From contig JBBRNJ010000045.1 of assembly GCA_038230375.1 (NCBI GenBank), forward strand, positions 1-64,000: DNA of 64,000 bases. The letters run 5' to 3'. The DNA comes from Polyangiales bacterium (GTDB lineage Bacteria > Myxococcota_A > Polyangia > Polyangiales > Polyangiaceae). Each line of letters opens with the position of its first letter. The stretch's first letter is position 1. Below the pieces are notes generated by a model. It made no database searches. It had not been told where the DNA came from and saw only the letters and a list, made by a program, of their open reading frames with translations. A program made the translations under genes and the position numbers. Positions 20,334-32,301 of this stretch are shown here, piece after piece.

Positions 20334-21379
20334 CAGAAGCGCGCGGTGCCGCGAACGGTACCACCGCCGAGCACGAACGTGTCGCCGCCCACTGCCGCGG
20401 ACAGATCGCCCACCAGCTCTACCTGCACGTTGGGATGCGGCTCCCATGCGATGAACGCCGAGCCGCGCGTGAGGAAGTAGCCTTGCTTCTTCGCGCCCTC
20501 GATGACGAACGCACCGATGCCGAGCTCCGGGCCCACGTAGAGCTGCTGCCGCGGGAGTACGGCAAACGCGTAGCGCGCGCCGCCATCCAGCGTGAACGCG
20601 GACGGACCCACGGCCGTGATGCCCAGGTTCGCGCGCAGCTCCAGGCCGCGCACGCTCTCGATCGCGTAGCCGCCGAACCCGTCGATGATCATGGAGGTCG
20701 TGGGACCGGATGCGCGAGCAGGTCGCTTGAGCGCGCTCGACACGCCAAGGCCCAGGCCCAGGATGATCGGATGTCCCTCCGCGTAGGCATGCGGCGGCTT
20801 CTCGGGCTCCTTCGGCGGCGGAGGCGGTGGCGGCGGCGGAGGCGGCGGTGGCGGCGGAGGTGGCGGTACTGGCTGCGGCGGCGGCGGCTTGGGCTTGCCC
20901 TTGCCCAGCCATGGCGGCGTCTCGCGGCCGATGCCTGCTGGACGGAGCACGAACGCGAGCATCTCTTCCACGTCTGCCTTCGCGGTGGGTCCTTCGATGT
21001 CGCGCGCGGCGGATTCCACGCGGCCGCTCGAGATCTGACAGACCTCGAGCTCCAGGTGATAGCCGCCAGCGGGGTTTGCGTCGGCGCGACCGGCCACGAC
21101 CCAGTCCGCCCCTGCGGCGCGACCGGCATCGCGGTATTCGGCGCTGGTGTCGGCGACGCCGTCGTGGATGCTGGTCTCCGCCTGCATCAGCTCCGCGTCC
21201 GTGGGGAACACATGTCCCTTCGCGGTGGCGGCGTCGCGCGTCACGGCGCGTGCGGCCTCGAGCTCGGCGGAGGTCAGGCCGGCGCCATGAAATTTGAGCA
21301 CGGCGACCTTGTCGGCCCACGCAGCGGGGGCGGCAAGAACGAGCGCGGCGGCAAACAAGAAGGATGAAGGGCGTCTCAA
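20333..21379 (-). CDS. Exported protein with poly-Pro linker and probable C-terminal outer-membrane beta-barrel
   Basis: Signal peptide ending AWA, poly-Pro run, alternating beta strands, terminal Phe. Confidence 0.6.
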   Translation of the reverse strand: MRRPSSFLFAAALVLAAPAAWADKVAVLKFHGAGLTSAELEAARAVTRDAATAKGHVFPTDAELMQAETSIHDGVADTSAEYRDAGRAAGADWVVAGRADANPAGGYHLELEVCQISSGRVESAARDIEGPTAKADVEEMLAFVLRPAGIGRETPPWLGKGKPKPPPPQPVPPPPPPPPPPPPPPPPPPKEPEKPPHAYAEGHPIILGLGLGVSSALKRPARASGPTTSMIIDGFGGYAIESVRGLELRANLGITAVGPSAFTLDGGARYAFAVLPRQQLYVGPELGIGAFVIEGAKKQGYFLTRGSAFIAWEPHPNVQVELVGDLSAAVGGDTFVLGGGTVRGTARF

Positions 21380-21428
21380 CGAAGCGGAGAGGAGTCTAGG
21401 CCTAGAACACCCGGGACGAAAGCGAAGC

Positions 21429-22352
21429 TCACAGCGCCACGATCTCTCCCGCAGCGGGGTTCAGGCACACGACGCCCGGCAGGCCCGCGGCCGCGAGCGC
21501 GACGAACGCGTGGGCCGCGTCGTCGGTCTTCTCCCAGAGGAACGCGCTCGCGATGGGATCGTGCAGGAAGGTCTCCGCGTGGGACGGCATGACCTGGGAA
21601 ACGCCCAGTGTGCGCGTGGCAGCGATCGCCTCCTCGGGCCCCATCGTCATGCGCTCCTCGCCCTTCCGATGCATCCCGTCCACGGGGAGGATGGCCGTCC
21701 GTGGAGAGAGCCGTGCGCGGATCTCGGCGAGCGCAGGGCCCTCGCGCGTATCACCTGCATAATACACGGACCTCTCCGCCCCTCGCAGCACGAAGCCCAG
21801 CTCCGGCACGTCGTGCAGCGCGGGCACCGCGGTGATCTCGAGCTCCTTCACGCGCACGCTCTGCCATGGCTCCATCAACGTGACATCCGTGAGCCCCGCG
21901 TCTCGCGCGAGCTGGGCCGTGCGCGTGGACCCAACCAGGCATCGTGCGGTACGCGGCATGCGCGCGAGCGCGGTGGGATCCGCGTGGTCGGCATGCTCAT
22001 GCGTGAGGCACAGCACATCGGCTGTGGCCAGCCCGGATGGGTTCGCCGGGAGCCCGTGCTCGTGGCGAAGCGCACCGAACGCGGGATCGTAGAGCCACGG
22101 ATCGGTGAGCACGCGCACGCCAGCGACGGTGAGCAGGTGCGTGGAGTGCCCGAAATGCAGGATGGATCCTGCGCGGAGCTCAGGGCGGGCATCGAGGGAG
22201 GCGAGGCTGCGCGCGAACACGTCAGTGCTGGCGAAGACCTCACGTCGCGTGTTGTCGAATGCACCGCGGAGCGACGCGCGCTCGAGGAGCAGCCCACAGA
22301 TCACCGCGCCGCCGAGCTGCAGCGCGTTGCGACGGGTCGCCCGCGTAGCCAC
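21429..22352 (-). CDS. MBL-fold metallo-hydrolase, possible Tat substrate
   Basis: GHST, LTDPW, THEHADHAD, YAGDT; N-terminal TRRNAL. Confidence 0.85.
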   Translation of the reverse strand: MATRATRRNALQLGGAVICGLLLERASLRGAFDNTRREVFASTDVFARSLASLDARPELRAGSILHFGHSTHLLTVAGVRVLTDPWLYDPAFGALRHEHGLPANPSGLATADVLCLTHEHADHADPTALARMPRTARCLVGSTRTAQLARDAGLTDVTLMEPWQSVRVKELEITAVPALHDVPELGFVLRGAERSVYYAGDTREGPALAEIRARLSPRTAILPVDGMHRKGEERMTMGPEEAIAATRTLGVSQVMPSHAETFLHDPIASAFLWEKTDDAAHAFVALAAAGLPGVVCLNPAAGEIVAL

Positions 22353-22357
22353 GACGG

Positions 22358-24007
<1,650 letters not shown>

Positions 24008-24117
24008 GGCGTCCCCGCTTTTAGCATCAATTCTGCCCGTGGAAGTACCGTACCCGCATCCCCCTGATTCGATGCCAACGCCACCCGGCAGTAGTGCTAA
24101 GAGGGCACCCCGTGCGC

Positions 24118-25164
24118 ATGCGTTCGTCCAGGCAAATCAAGCTCCTGTTCCCTGCGTTGTTGACGGCGGCGGCGGCCGCTGCCGGTTGCGTTCCTCCGGG
24201 AAACGCCACGCCAGATGATGCTGGCACCGCCAGCGCAACGCCCGTCTCCACGCTGCCCAGAGCGCCGGCAAACGTCCTCACCACCGTGTTCGAGGACACC
24301 TTCGAGCGCCCCGAGGGCGGGCCGGCGTCCAAGCTGCCTCCCCTCTCCAGCATGGGAAACCTGACCGCCGAGGGCGGCGCCGACACCACACCCACAAGCG
24401 CGGGCGAAGCCGGCGCGAACGCGAGCGGCGATCTTCGTGATGGCGGGAACGCTGCCGCCGACGGCGGGGTCCGCATGCGGCGCTTCCTGGACACGTTGCC
24501 CGATGGCGCGATGGTACTTCGCACAGTCCCGGTCCCGATGGGATCGCAGGACAAGCCGGCCCAGTCCGGGCAGCCTTTCCAGCCGGCGCCGGGCGAGGAC
24601 AAGACCAACATCGGCCCGAACTGGACCCAGGCGCAGACGAACGCCTGGCACATCGAGGACGGCTGGCTCTGCGTCGAGAACGCGCACAACCACGGCATCT
24701 GGTTCTCGCGGCCCATTCCGATCAACGCGCGCATCGAGTGGGACGCGAAGGGCGACTCACCCGAAGGCGACCTGAAGGTGGAGCTCTGGGGCGACGGCCG
24801 CGGCTTCGCGAAGGGCAACTCCTACAACGACGCGACCAGCTACCTTGCCATCCTCGGCGGCTGGAAGAACACGCTCCATGTGCTTGCGCGGCTCGACGAG
24901 CACAAGGAGGACCGCAAGGTCGTCCGCGTGGACAAGGACTCCGACGACCCGCGCCAGCGCCCCGTCATGCGCGGGCAGGTCTACCACCTCAAGGTGGAGC
25001 GCAACGACGCCAAGACCGTGCGCTACTACGTGGACACGTTGCTGATGGCGACCTTCGTGGACGCGGAGCCCCTCATGGGCCCCGGCCACGATCACTTCGG
25101 CTTCAACGATTGGGAAGCAAAGGTCTGCTTCGACAACGTGAAGATCACGCCGCTGCCGCAGTAG
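24118..25164 (+). CDS. Lipoprotein with ConA/LamG-like beta-sandwich C-terminal domain
   Basis: Lipobox AAGC; FEDTFER, GDLKVELWGDG, GGWKN, FDNVKITPL. Confidence 0.6.
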   Translation: MRSSRQIKLLFPALLTAAAAAAGCVPPGNATPDDAGTASATPVSTLPRAPANVLTTVFEDTFERPEGGPASKLPPLSSMGNLTAEGGADTTPTSAGEAGANASGDLRDGGNAAADGGVRMRRFLDTLPDGAMVLRTVPVPMGSQDKPAQSGQPFQPAPGEDKTNIGPNWTQAQTNAWHIEDGWLCVENAHNHGIWFSRPIPINARIEWDAKGDSPEGDLKVELWGDGRGFAKGNSYNDATSYLAILGGWKNTLHVLARLDEHKEDRKVVRVDKDSDDPRQRPVMRGQVYHLKVERNDAKTVRYYVDTLLMATFVDAEPLMGPGHDHFGFNDWEAKVCFDNVKITPLPQ

Positions 25165-25191
25165 CTCTGCACCGCGTCTCGCAGCAACGGA

Positions 25192-27246
25192 TCAGGGCAA
25201 CGTCGGATACGCGCAGCGCATGCTCTGCTTGCCGTACTTGTTCGTGAGGCTGAAGCCCGTCCAGATGACGGTCTTCTGGTACTGGTGGCCTTCCCACGAA
25301 CCGTTCGCCGTCCAGTATGCGGATGCGCTGCGCGGGTCGGCGCTGAACGAGCCCGTGGACGTGACCTCCATCATGGGTCCCAGGATGTCCGAGTGGCCCG
25401 CGGGGCCGCGGCCCTTCACGCGCCCCGGCGCATCCAGGAAGACGATGTAGTCGTAGTTGAGCAGGTTGGGGTACTCGTAGCTGTACGTGAAGTCCGCGTA
25501 CTCGATGCTCTGGCTCGCGCTCGGAATCAGGGACTGGACGTAGTTCACGTCGCCCAGGTGCGAGCGAAGGATCGCGTCCGTTGCTGTCGGGTAGCGATAC
25601 GCGCTGTCGGTGGCGGAGATCTGGTTTTTCGGCTGCGGCGATGCGCCCCACGGATACGTGCCGGCGCCCCACGCTGCCTGCCACTCGGGGAAGGTCTCGA
25701 GGCGGCCGCCGTCCCAGATGCAGAAGGCCTGCGCCATGAGGTACGGCACGCAGTTCAAGGGCTTCTCGTCGTAGACCTGCTGACTGAACTCGGACTGACT
25801 GTCGCCGAAGTAGTTCGTCTGCGTGGTCTTGTCCATCCAGTACGAGTGCGTGCCGGGCGCGTCGAGTCGACAGCCCTGCAGCGTGGTGCCTTGCCCGTGG
25901 AACACGGTTCCACCGAGCTGCCTGTACGCGCTCGAGTAGAGGCCTGTATACGCGGGCAGATCGGGGTGGAGACCGCTCATGTCCTCGAACATCGAGTAGT
26001 CGGAGATCTCGTTCACAGCGCACGAGCCGTCCTGCTCGCAGCCGATCATCGCGCTCGGAAGGTACATGTCCCAGGCGGCGTTCATGGTCGCGCCGTGGAG
26101 CGCAGGGTTCTTCGCGCGCTCGCTCTGGATGAAGCCGCGCACGTTGCCGCCGACCGCGGTGAGGAACGTCCGCATCCGTCCCGACGTGACCTGGTACTTG
26201 CCCAGGTTGACGGTGCCCTGGTCGGCGGTGACCGGCGCCGTCGCGCAGCACTCCTCGTTGACGGCGCCCATCATGCCGGGCTCACCGGTGCCGCACGAGT
26301 CACCGCCGTAGTGCGGTATGCAGCTCCTGGTGATGGTGCACTTGTTCGCATAGCTACAGCCGGTGCTCCGGCAGTCGGCCGGCGCGAGGCAGTTCTTGCC
26401 CGCGACACACGCCGCGGCATTGGTGGGCGCACCGCCGCCGCAGTCGATGTCCGTCTCGGTGCCGTTCGTCACGCCGTCGCCAGAGGTCGGCGGCTGGCAA
26501 CGCAGTCCCGCACCGAGATTCTTGCAGACCTTGCTCGTGCAGTCGCCACCGACGAGACACTTCAGCGTGTCGATGCAGGGAGGCGCAGCCGCGCCGCCGC
26601 AGTCCACGTCGGTCTCGGTTCCGTCCTGCATTCCATCCGCCGGTGTGGGCGCCGTGCACAGCAGACCTGCGCCACCTTCGGGCGGCACGCAGACGCCGCT
26701 CGTGCAGTCGGTTCGCGCCGCACAGCCTTGACCGTTCGCGCACTGCGGATTGCCCATGCCGCCGCAGTCGACGCCGGTCTCGTTGCCGTTCTTCACGCCG
26801 TCCGTGGAGGTGGGCGCCTGACAGCGCAGGCCCTTGCCGTCCATCAAATCCGTACAGACAAGATCCTTGCAGTCTGCACCTATTTTACAAGCCTTGGCGT
26901 CCTGACATGCGGGCGCATTCGTGGGTGCAGTGCCGCCGCAGTCGATGTCCGTCTCGGTGCCGTTCTTCACGCCGTCGGTCGAGGTGGGGTCCAGGCAGGT
27001 GCCCTTGCCGGAGCAGACGCCCGACGGACAGTCCTTGCCCGTCTTGCATGCGATCGTGGGACCGCTGTCCGCCTTGCCGCCACCGCCATCACCACCGACC
27101 ACGACGCTTCCGTCCGTGCCCTCGCCCGGGTTGCCGCCATCTGCGGTATCGCCGCCGCCGCCCGTCGTCGACGAGCTGGAGCAGGCCGCGACGATGCCCA
27201 CGAAGAGTACGCCCGCGTAGCCCAACACGGTCCGGCGTGAATGCAT
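25192..27246 (-). CDS. Cys-rich lipoprotein with four DGxxNGxETDxDCGG repeats and an FGE-sulfatase (SUMF1)-like C-terminal domain
   Basis: Lipobox VAAC; GGAGG SD; KYQVT, KPLNCV, AQAFCIWDGGRL, EW, YPWG, MRC. Confidence 0.75.
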   Translation of the reverse strand: MHSRRTVLGYAGVLFVGIVAACSSSSTTGGGGDTADGGNPGEGTDGSVVVGGDGGGGKADSGPTIACKTGKDCPSGVCSGKGTCLDPTSTDGVKNGTETDIDCGGTAPTNAPACQDAKACKIGADCKDLVCTDLMDGKGLRCQAPTSTDGVKNGNETGVDCGGMGNPQCANGQGCAARTDCTSGVCVPPEGGAGLLCTAPTPADGMQDGTETDVDCGGAAAPPCIDTLKCLVGGDCTSKVCKNLGAGLRCQPPTSGDGVTNGTETDIDCGGGAPTNAAACVAGKNCLAPADCRSTGCSYANKCTITRSCIPHYGGDSCGTGEPGMMGAVNEECCATAPVTADQGTVNLGKYQVTSGRMRTFLTAVGGNVRGFIQSERAKNPALHGATMNAAWDMYLPSAMIGCEQDGSCAVNEISDYSMFEDMSGLHPDLPAYTGLYSSAYRQLGGTVFHGQGTTLQGCRLDAPGTHSYWMDKTTQTNYFGDSQSEFSQQVYDEKPLNCVPYLMAQAFCIWDGGRLETFPEWQAAWGAGTYPWGASPQPKNQISATDSAYRYPTATDAILRSHLGDVNYVQSLIPSASQSIEYADFTYSYEYPNLLNYDYIVFLDAPGRVKGRGPAGHSDILGPMMEVTSTGSFSADPRSASAYWTANGSWEGHQYQKTVIWTGFSLTNKYGKQSMRCAYPTLP

Positions 27247-27340
27247 GATACGAGCCTCCACTGTGGAACGTATCAGTCCGCCCGACCCGCACGTCCCTTT
27301 CTTTTGGGGAGTCCCGTAACGGTCGCTCGTTCTGCCGTGC

Positions 27341-27384
27341 GCGCCTACCTTGCGCCTACCTTGCGCCTACCTTGCGCCTACCCT
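27341..27384 (+). repeat. 11-bp tandem repeat GCGCCTACCTT x4
   Basis: Three exact copies plus GCGCCTACCCT in a divergent intergenic region. Confidence 0.95.
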
Positions 27385-27443
27385 GGCTCCCCCCGCCGAC
27401 GGAGGTGGCCGCGCACGGATGGATGCGGTAATTTCGGAGGCGC

Positions 27444-28952
27444 GTGGCGCTGAATCAGAAAGAGATCGAAGGCATGGTTGCCGAGCTCGAGAGCCGCCTG
27501 GACCGGCTCCGACAGCTCTACGATCAGTACTTCCTTGGCTACGAGAAGCTCGAGCCGCAGGTGCCACGCAAGGACGTCGAGCGTCGCGTGGAGGTGCTTC
27601 GGCGTGAACAGATTCGCAACACCGCACTGCGTTTTCGCTTCACTGTCGTCACGCAGAAGCTGAACACGTACCAGTCGCTGTGGCATCGCACCTGTCGCGC
27701 GATCGAAGACGGCACGTTCAAGCGGCACATGGTGAAGGCTCAGAAACGCTTCGGCGCCAACGCCGCGGCCGGCAAGAAGGCCGCGGATATCGAGCTCGAC
27801 ATCGACGTGGATCTCGGTGAGCTCGAGGCCGACGTCGCCAGTGACATGGAGGCGATCTCGGACGAGGAGCGCCGCATCCTGGCCAAGGTAGAAGCGGAGC
27901 TACGCGGCGAGAGCGTTCCTACGGACACCGAGCGGCCCGAAGCGCCGGCCTCGAAGCGTCGCATCGTCGTGGAGGAGGACGACGACGGGGACGACGACAT
28001 GCCCACGAACCGCCCGCCGGGGTTGATGGACACGGGGGAGGTGGTGATCCCGAAGAGCCCCAACGTCCCGGGCGTGGAGCGCTCGCACACCGCCGCGCCA
28101 TTCGGCAACAGCCGCCCCAACATCCGGAAGACCGATCCCGGCGCACCGCGCGCGGCTGCACGCCTGAACCGCAACACCCCACCGCCGTTCGATCCGCACT
28201 CGCCCGTGATGCCGAAGGTACCGAGCGCGCCGCCACCAGCCATGCGCGAATCGGCATCAAAAATCGCCTTGCCGGTGCCCGGACGCCAGAGCGCACAGAT
28301 GCGCGCGGCTCACCCTGCGAGCACCTCGATGCGGCTTGCTCCGCCGGGCAGCGCCTCCTCCATGCGCGCGGCGGCTCCCGCGCACGGGCAAGATGGCGCG
28401 CGTGAGGCCGGGACGGACATCACCGACGGCGGACGTGCGGCCAGCGATGGCAGCGCCGGACGGAGCAGCGGCCACATGCGCGCTGCATTGCCGGTGCCTG
28501 GCACGTCGATCCGCATCCCGCCGCCGGGAGCGCAGGCACGCATGGCGCCGCCCGGTACGCGCACGTCGCCTGGGCCGATCAGCCAGTCCATGCGCGCGGC
28601 GCAGCCTGCGCCCACCACCAATCCAGGCGCACCGCCCAGCAATCCGTCCATCCGTCTTCCGCCACCCGGAACCACTGCGCGCGGCTCGCTCCCGATGCCT
28701 GGCGGTACCGCCAAGGCGGGTGATGTCAGGGTCCGTACCGGTGACGTGCCTGGTAGACGCACAGGCGACGTCCCAGCTGCCACGACGAGCCCGCCCAAGA
28801 CCACCGGGGACATCCCGGCCATGCGCCCGCGCGCACCTTCAATCGGCAACTCCAAGCCGCCGCCCCCGCTGCCGAGCACCATCACGCAGCGACACAAGCA
28901 GCCGAGCCTCGCCGACCTTACGGCCGACACGAAGGACAAGGAGAAGAAGTAG
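27444..28952 (+). CDS. Conserved myxobacterial protein: helical N-domain plus disordered Pro-rich tail
   Basis: LYDQYFLGYEKLEP...IRNTALRFRF...W...IEDGTF, recalled from proteins annotated as MXAN_5187 C-terminal domain-containing. Confidence 0.6.
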   Translation: MALNQKEIEGMVAELESRLDRLRQLYDQYFLGYEKLEPQVPRKDVERRVEVLRREQIRNTALRFRFTVVTQKLNTYQSLWHRTCRAIEDGTFKRHMVKAQKRFGANAAAGKKAADIELDIDVDLGELEADVASDMEAISDEERRILAKVEAELRGESVPTDTERPEAPASKRRIVVEEDDDGDDDMPTNRPPGLMDTGEVVIPKSPNVPGVERSHTAAPFGNSRPNIRKTDPGAPRAAARLNRNTPPPFDPHSPVMPKVPSAPPPAMRESASKIALPVPGRQSAQMRAAHPASTSMRLAPPGSASSMRAAAPAHGQDGAREAGTDITDGGRAASDGSAGRSSGHMRAALPVPGTSIRIPPPGAQARMAPPGTRTSPGPISQSMRAAQPAPTTNPGAPPSNPSIRLPPPGTTARGSLPMPGGTAKAGDVRVRTGDVPGRRTGDVPAATTSPPKTTGDIPAMRPRAPSIGNSKPPPPLPSTITQRHKQPSLADLTADTKDKEKK

Positions 28953-28967
28953 CCAAAGCTACTGGTG

Positions 28968-29228
28968 CTAGTGCGGCGGCAGCGAGCTGCGGCGCGACGA
29001 AGGGGGCGGATCGCGCGGATCGCTATCGCAGAACAGGATCGCGCAGTGGCACTTCTCGCCCTGCTTGATGCGGTGGCAGAGCTCGACGAGATCCTCGTCC
29101 GCGTCCACCACGCTGCCTTCGACGGGCTGGGCGGTCTTCGCGTCGTACTTGCAGTTGTCCAGTGCCACCCAGCGTCCGCGATACTCGGCTGACTGCCGAA
29201 TTTCTGGCCACGACATTCGACTACCCAT
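28968..29228 (-). CDS. Small hypothetical protein (DUF5678-like YRGRWVAL motif)
   Basis: EYRGRWVAL...VVDADEDLVEL; high-GC3 codon usage. Confidence 0.6.
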   Translation of the reverse strand: MGSRMSWPEIRQSAEYRGRWVALDNCKYDAKTAQPVEGSVVDADEDLVELCHRIKQGEKCHCAILFCDSDPRDPPPSSRRSSLPPH

Positions 29229-29324
29229 GAACCTGCGTACCTTCTTCTCGCCCCAGACAGCCGTGAGTCGCGTGTGATAGTGGGCGTTTGCCGATCCGTC
29301 AAGCGACGGTCGAACGACCCGTCA

Positions 29325-29357
29325 TGGTCGTAGGCTGGTCGGAGGCTGGTCGAAGGC
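29325..29357 (+). repeat. 11-bp tandem repeat TGGTCGNAGGC x3
   Basis: tggtcgtaggc tggtcggaggc tggtcgaaggc upstream of a kinase gene. Confidence 0.85.
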
Positions 29358-29392
29358 CAAACAGCGGGAAAACTGATAGCCTCGCTCCCGGT

Positions 29393-30925
29393 ATGGAGCT
29401 TCCGGTCGCCGTCGGAGATCTGGTCGCGGGCAAGTACCGCGTCGAAGAACGCATAGGCAGCGGTGCCATGGGCGTCGTGTTCGCCGCGCGTCACGTGGAG
29501 CTCGGCGAGCGCGTGGCGCTCAAGTTCTTGAACCCGATGTACGGCGAGAACGAGCAAGCCCGCTCCCGCTTCTCCCGCGAGGCGAAGAACACGTTCTCCT
29601 TGAAGAGCGAGCACGTCGCGCGCGTGCTCGACGTGGGCAAGCTCGACACCGGTGAACCCTACATCGTGATGGAGTTCCTGGAGGGGCACACGCTCCGCGC
29701 ACACGTGGAGGAGCGCGGCCGCCTTCCGCGCGAAGAGAGCATCTCGATCGTCAATCAGATCTGCGAAGGTGTCGCCGACGCGCACGCGCGCGGGATCGTT
29801 CATCGCGACCTCAAGCCCGAGAACGTCTTTCTCACGAAGCTCGCGAGCGGCTCGTCGCTCGTGAAGGTGCTGGACTTCGGGATCTCGAAGGTCACGGAGG
29901 AGGGCCGGGCGGCGAAGAAGGACGGTATTGGCTCCACGAACCGTGAGCTCGCCATCACTGCGCAGGATCAGGTGCTGGGCACCCCGCGCTTCATGGCGCC
30001 CGAGCAGGTCAGGAAGTCCGGCGTTGCAAGCACCGAGAGCGACGTGTGGTCCCTTGGCGTGATTGCCTACTGGCTCTTCTGCGGAGAATATCCCTACGAC
30101 GGAGGCTCGCCGCAGCTGACGCTCGTGATGCTCATGGGCGACGAGCTCGCGAAGGACATCGAGACGCTCGCCCCCGATCTCGATCCAGCGCTCGCGCGTC
30201 TGGTGATGAAGTGCCTCGCGCGAATCCCCGAGAACCGCTTCAAGGATGCGGATGCGCTCCGCCGCGCCCTTCGGCCCTTCTCGCGCTCGAGCATCGCGAT
30301 GACGAAGCGTGAGCCCACGCCGCCCACGCAGCGCTCTGCGTTGGGCCTCGAGGCGAGCTCGCGCTACGAGCCTGCCTCGCCGCGTGTGGTGGAGGCGGTG
30401 GTGGCGCCCGAGACGATCCGCGAGACGGATCGCCTGCCAACACCCTCGGAGCGCACCGAGGAGTCCGTTCCGCTGGACCTCGCCGCGGCGATCGCCGAAA
30501 AGAGGGCGAGCGACCCGGACAACGAGACCGCGATCTCGCCGGCTGTGGCTGCCGTCCCCGCACCTGCCGCTCCCGCCGCCGTCCCCGCACCTGCCGCTCC
30601 CGCCGCCGTCCCTGTCGACTCGCGGACGACGCAGCGCCGCGTCACGCTGAAGACCTCTGATGCGCCGCAGCCGAAGCCCTTCAGCGACGTCAAGGCGCAG
30701 ACGAAGACGTTGCCGCTGGGAATGGTCTACAGCACGGGGAACTCGGACCCGCCAAGGGGAATGGCGTCCGAACGCGGCAAGACGGAGGTACCGCTGGAGC
30801 CCCCACAGGAAGCACCGCTGGACCCGGTGGACATCCCCATGAAGCGAGCAGGAAGCACGCGCATCTTGCTCATCCTGGGCTTCTTCGTGTTCATCTTCAT
30901 CGTCGTGTGGATGCTGAAGACGTGA
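29393..30925 (+). CDS. Ser/Thr protein kinase with C-terminal TM anchor
   Basis: GSGAMGVV, VALK, HRDLKPEN, DFG, GTPRFMAPEQ. Confidence 0.93.
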   Translation: MELPVAVGDLVAGKYRVEERIGSGAMGVVFAARHVELGERVALKFLNPMYGENEQARSRFSREAKNTFSLKSEHVARVLDVGKLDTGEPYIVMEFLEGHTLRAHVEERGRLPREESISIVNQICEGVADAHARGIVHRDLKPENVFLTKLASGSSLVKVLDFGISKVTEEGRAAKKDGIGSTNRELAITAQDQVLGTPRFMAPEQVRKSGVASTESDVWSLGVIAYWLFCGEYPYDGGSPQLTLVMLMGDELAKDIETLAPDLDPALARLVMKCLARIPENRFKDADALRRALRPFSRSSIAMTKREPTPPTQRSALGLEASSRYEPASPRVVEAVVAPETIRETDRLPTPSERTEESVPLDLAAAIAEKRASDPDNETAISPAVAAVPAPAAPAAVPAPAAPAAVPVDSRTTQRRVTLKTSDAPQPKPFSDVKAQTKTLPLGMVYSTGNSDPPRGMASERGKTEVPLEPPQEAPLDPVDIPMKRAGSTRILLILGFFVFIFIVVWMLKT

Positions 30926-30944
30926 GAGCCCAAGGGCGCCGCGA

Positions 30945-32288
30945 TCATTTTGACATGCGGCGGGCGATCAGGAACGCCATCTCGAGCGCCTGACGGTAGT
31001 TGAGCCGCGGATCGCAGACGCTCGCGTAGTTCTTGTCCAGATCCGCCTCGGACAGTCCACCGCCAAGGCACTCGGTCACGTCGTCGCCCGTGAGCTCGAA
31101 GTGAACGCCGCCGAGTCGCGTGCCCATGGACTTGTGCACATCGAACGAGCGCTCGATCTCGGCGAGGATGTCGTCGAAGTTGCGCGTCTTGATCCCGCTC
31201 GGAAGCGAGATCGTGTTGCCGTGCATCGGGTCCGTCACCCAGAGAACGCGGGCACCGGACTCCGTCACCCTGGACACGATCGGCGGGAGCGCGTCCTTCA
31301 CCTTGGAGGCGCCCATGCGCGCGATGAGCACGATCTTGCCCGGCTCGTTCCGGGGGTTCAGTACGTTCACCAGCGCCGCCACGTCCTCCGGCTTCGCGCT
31401 CGGCCCCACCTTCACGCCGACCGTGTTGGCGACGCCGCGGAAGAACTCCACGTGTGCTCCGCCGATGTCGCGCGTGCGCTCGCCCACCCACGGCAGGTGT
31501 GTCGTGAGATCGTAGAAGCCCTCGCGGCGCGGGACCCTGCGCGTCTGCGCGGACTCGTAGTGAAGCGAGAGGCCTTCGTGGCTCGTGAAGAACTCCACGC
31601 GCGTGAGGTCGTCAATCGACGTCTCGCCGAGCGCCTCCATGAAGCGCAGCGCGGACGAGAGATCGCGGCTCATTCGCGTGTAGTCTTCACGCAATTTCGG
31701 ATTCAGATCCGCGCGCGACAGGAATGCCATGTCCCAGTACTCGGGATGATGCAGGTCCGCGAACCCGCCGGCGGTGAGCGAGCGGATGAAGTTCAAGGTG
31801 AGCGCGGCGCGCGTGTAGCCGCGGATGAGCGCGCGCGGGTCTGCGCGGCGTGCGTCTCCGTTGAACTCGGCATGGTTCACGAGGTCGCCGAAGTAGCTCG
31901 GGAGGGTGACGCCATCCACGGTCTCCGTGGGCGAGGAGCGAGGCTTTGCGTACTGTCCGGCGAAGCGTCCCACGCGGATGACCGGCGTCTTGCCGCCGTG
32001 CACGAGCACCAGCGACATCTGCAGCAGGATCTTCAGCTTGTTCGTGATGACGCTGGGACGGCAATCCGCGAGCGTCTCTGCGCAGTCGCCGCCCTGCAGC
32101 AGGAAGCGCTTGCCCTCCTGCGCCTCCGCGATGAAGCCCTTGAGCTTCTCCACCTCCCACGAGGTGACGAGCGGCGGCATGGACGACAGCTCTGTCGTTG
32201 CCTGCGCGAGGGCGGCCTCGTCGTCATACGCAACGCGCTGCGCCTCGGGCTTGTTCTTCCAGGATTCGGGGCTCCACTCCGCTTGCAC
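30945..32288 (-). CDS. Class II DAHP synthase
   Basis: LLQGGDCAE, GRFAGQYAKPRS, FFTSHE, WVGERTR, DPMHGNT, GGVHFELTG, CDPRLN. Confidence 0.95.
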   Translation of the reverse strand: MQAEWSPESWKNKPEAQRVAYDDEAALAQATTELSSMPPLVTSWEVEKLKGFIAEAQEGKRFLLQGGDCAETLADCRPSVITNKLKILLQMSLVLVHGGKTPVIRVGRFAGQYAKPRSSPTETVDGVTLPSYFGDLVNHAEFNGDARRADPRALIRGYTRAALTLNFIRSLTAGGFADLHHPEYWDMAFLSRADLNPKLREDYTRMSRDLSSALRFMEALGETSIDDLTRVEFFTSHEGLSLHYESAQTRRVPRREGFYDLTTHLPWVGERTRDIGGAHVEFFRGVANTVGVKVGPSAKPEDVAALVNVLNPRNEPGKIVLIARMGASKVKDALPPIVSRVTESGARVLWVTDPMHGNTISLPSGIKTRNFDDILAEIERSFDVHKSMGTRLGGVHFELTGDDVTECLGGGLSEADLDKNYASVCDPRLNYRQALEMAFLIARRMSK

Positions 32289-32301
32289 GGAGCGGACTTT
32301 A

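Noticed and set aside
25192..27246. Diversity-generating retroelement target (CLec/FGE fold)
   Set aside because: No reverse transcriptase or template-repeat copy seen in the window
30945..32288. Class II DAHP synthase as a marker of a secondary-metabolite cluster
   Set aside because: No phenazine, AHBA or siderophore genes adjacent; likely primary metabolism
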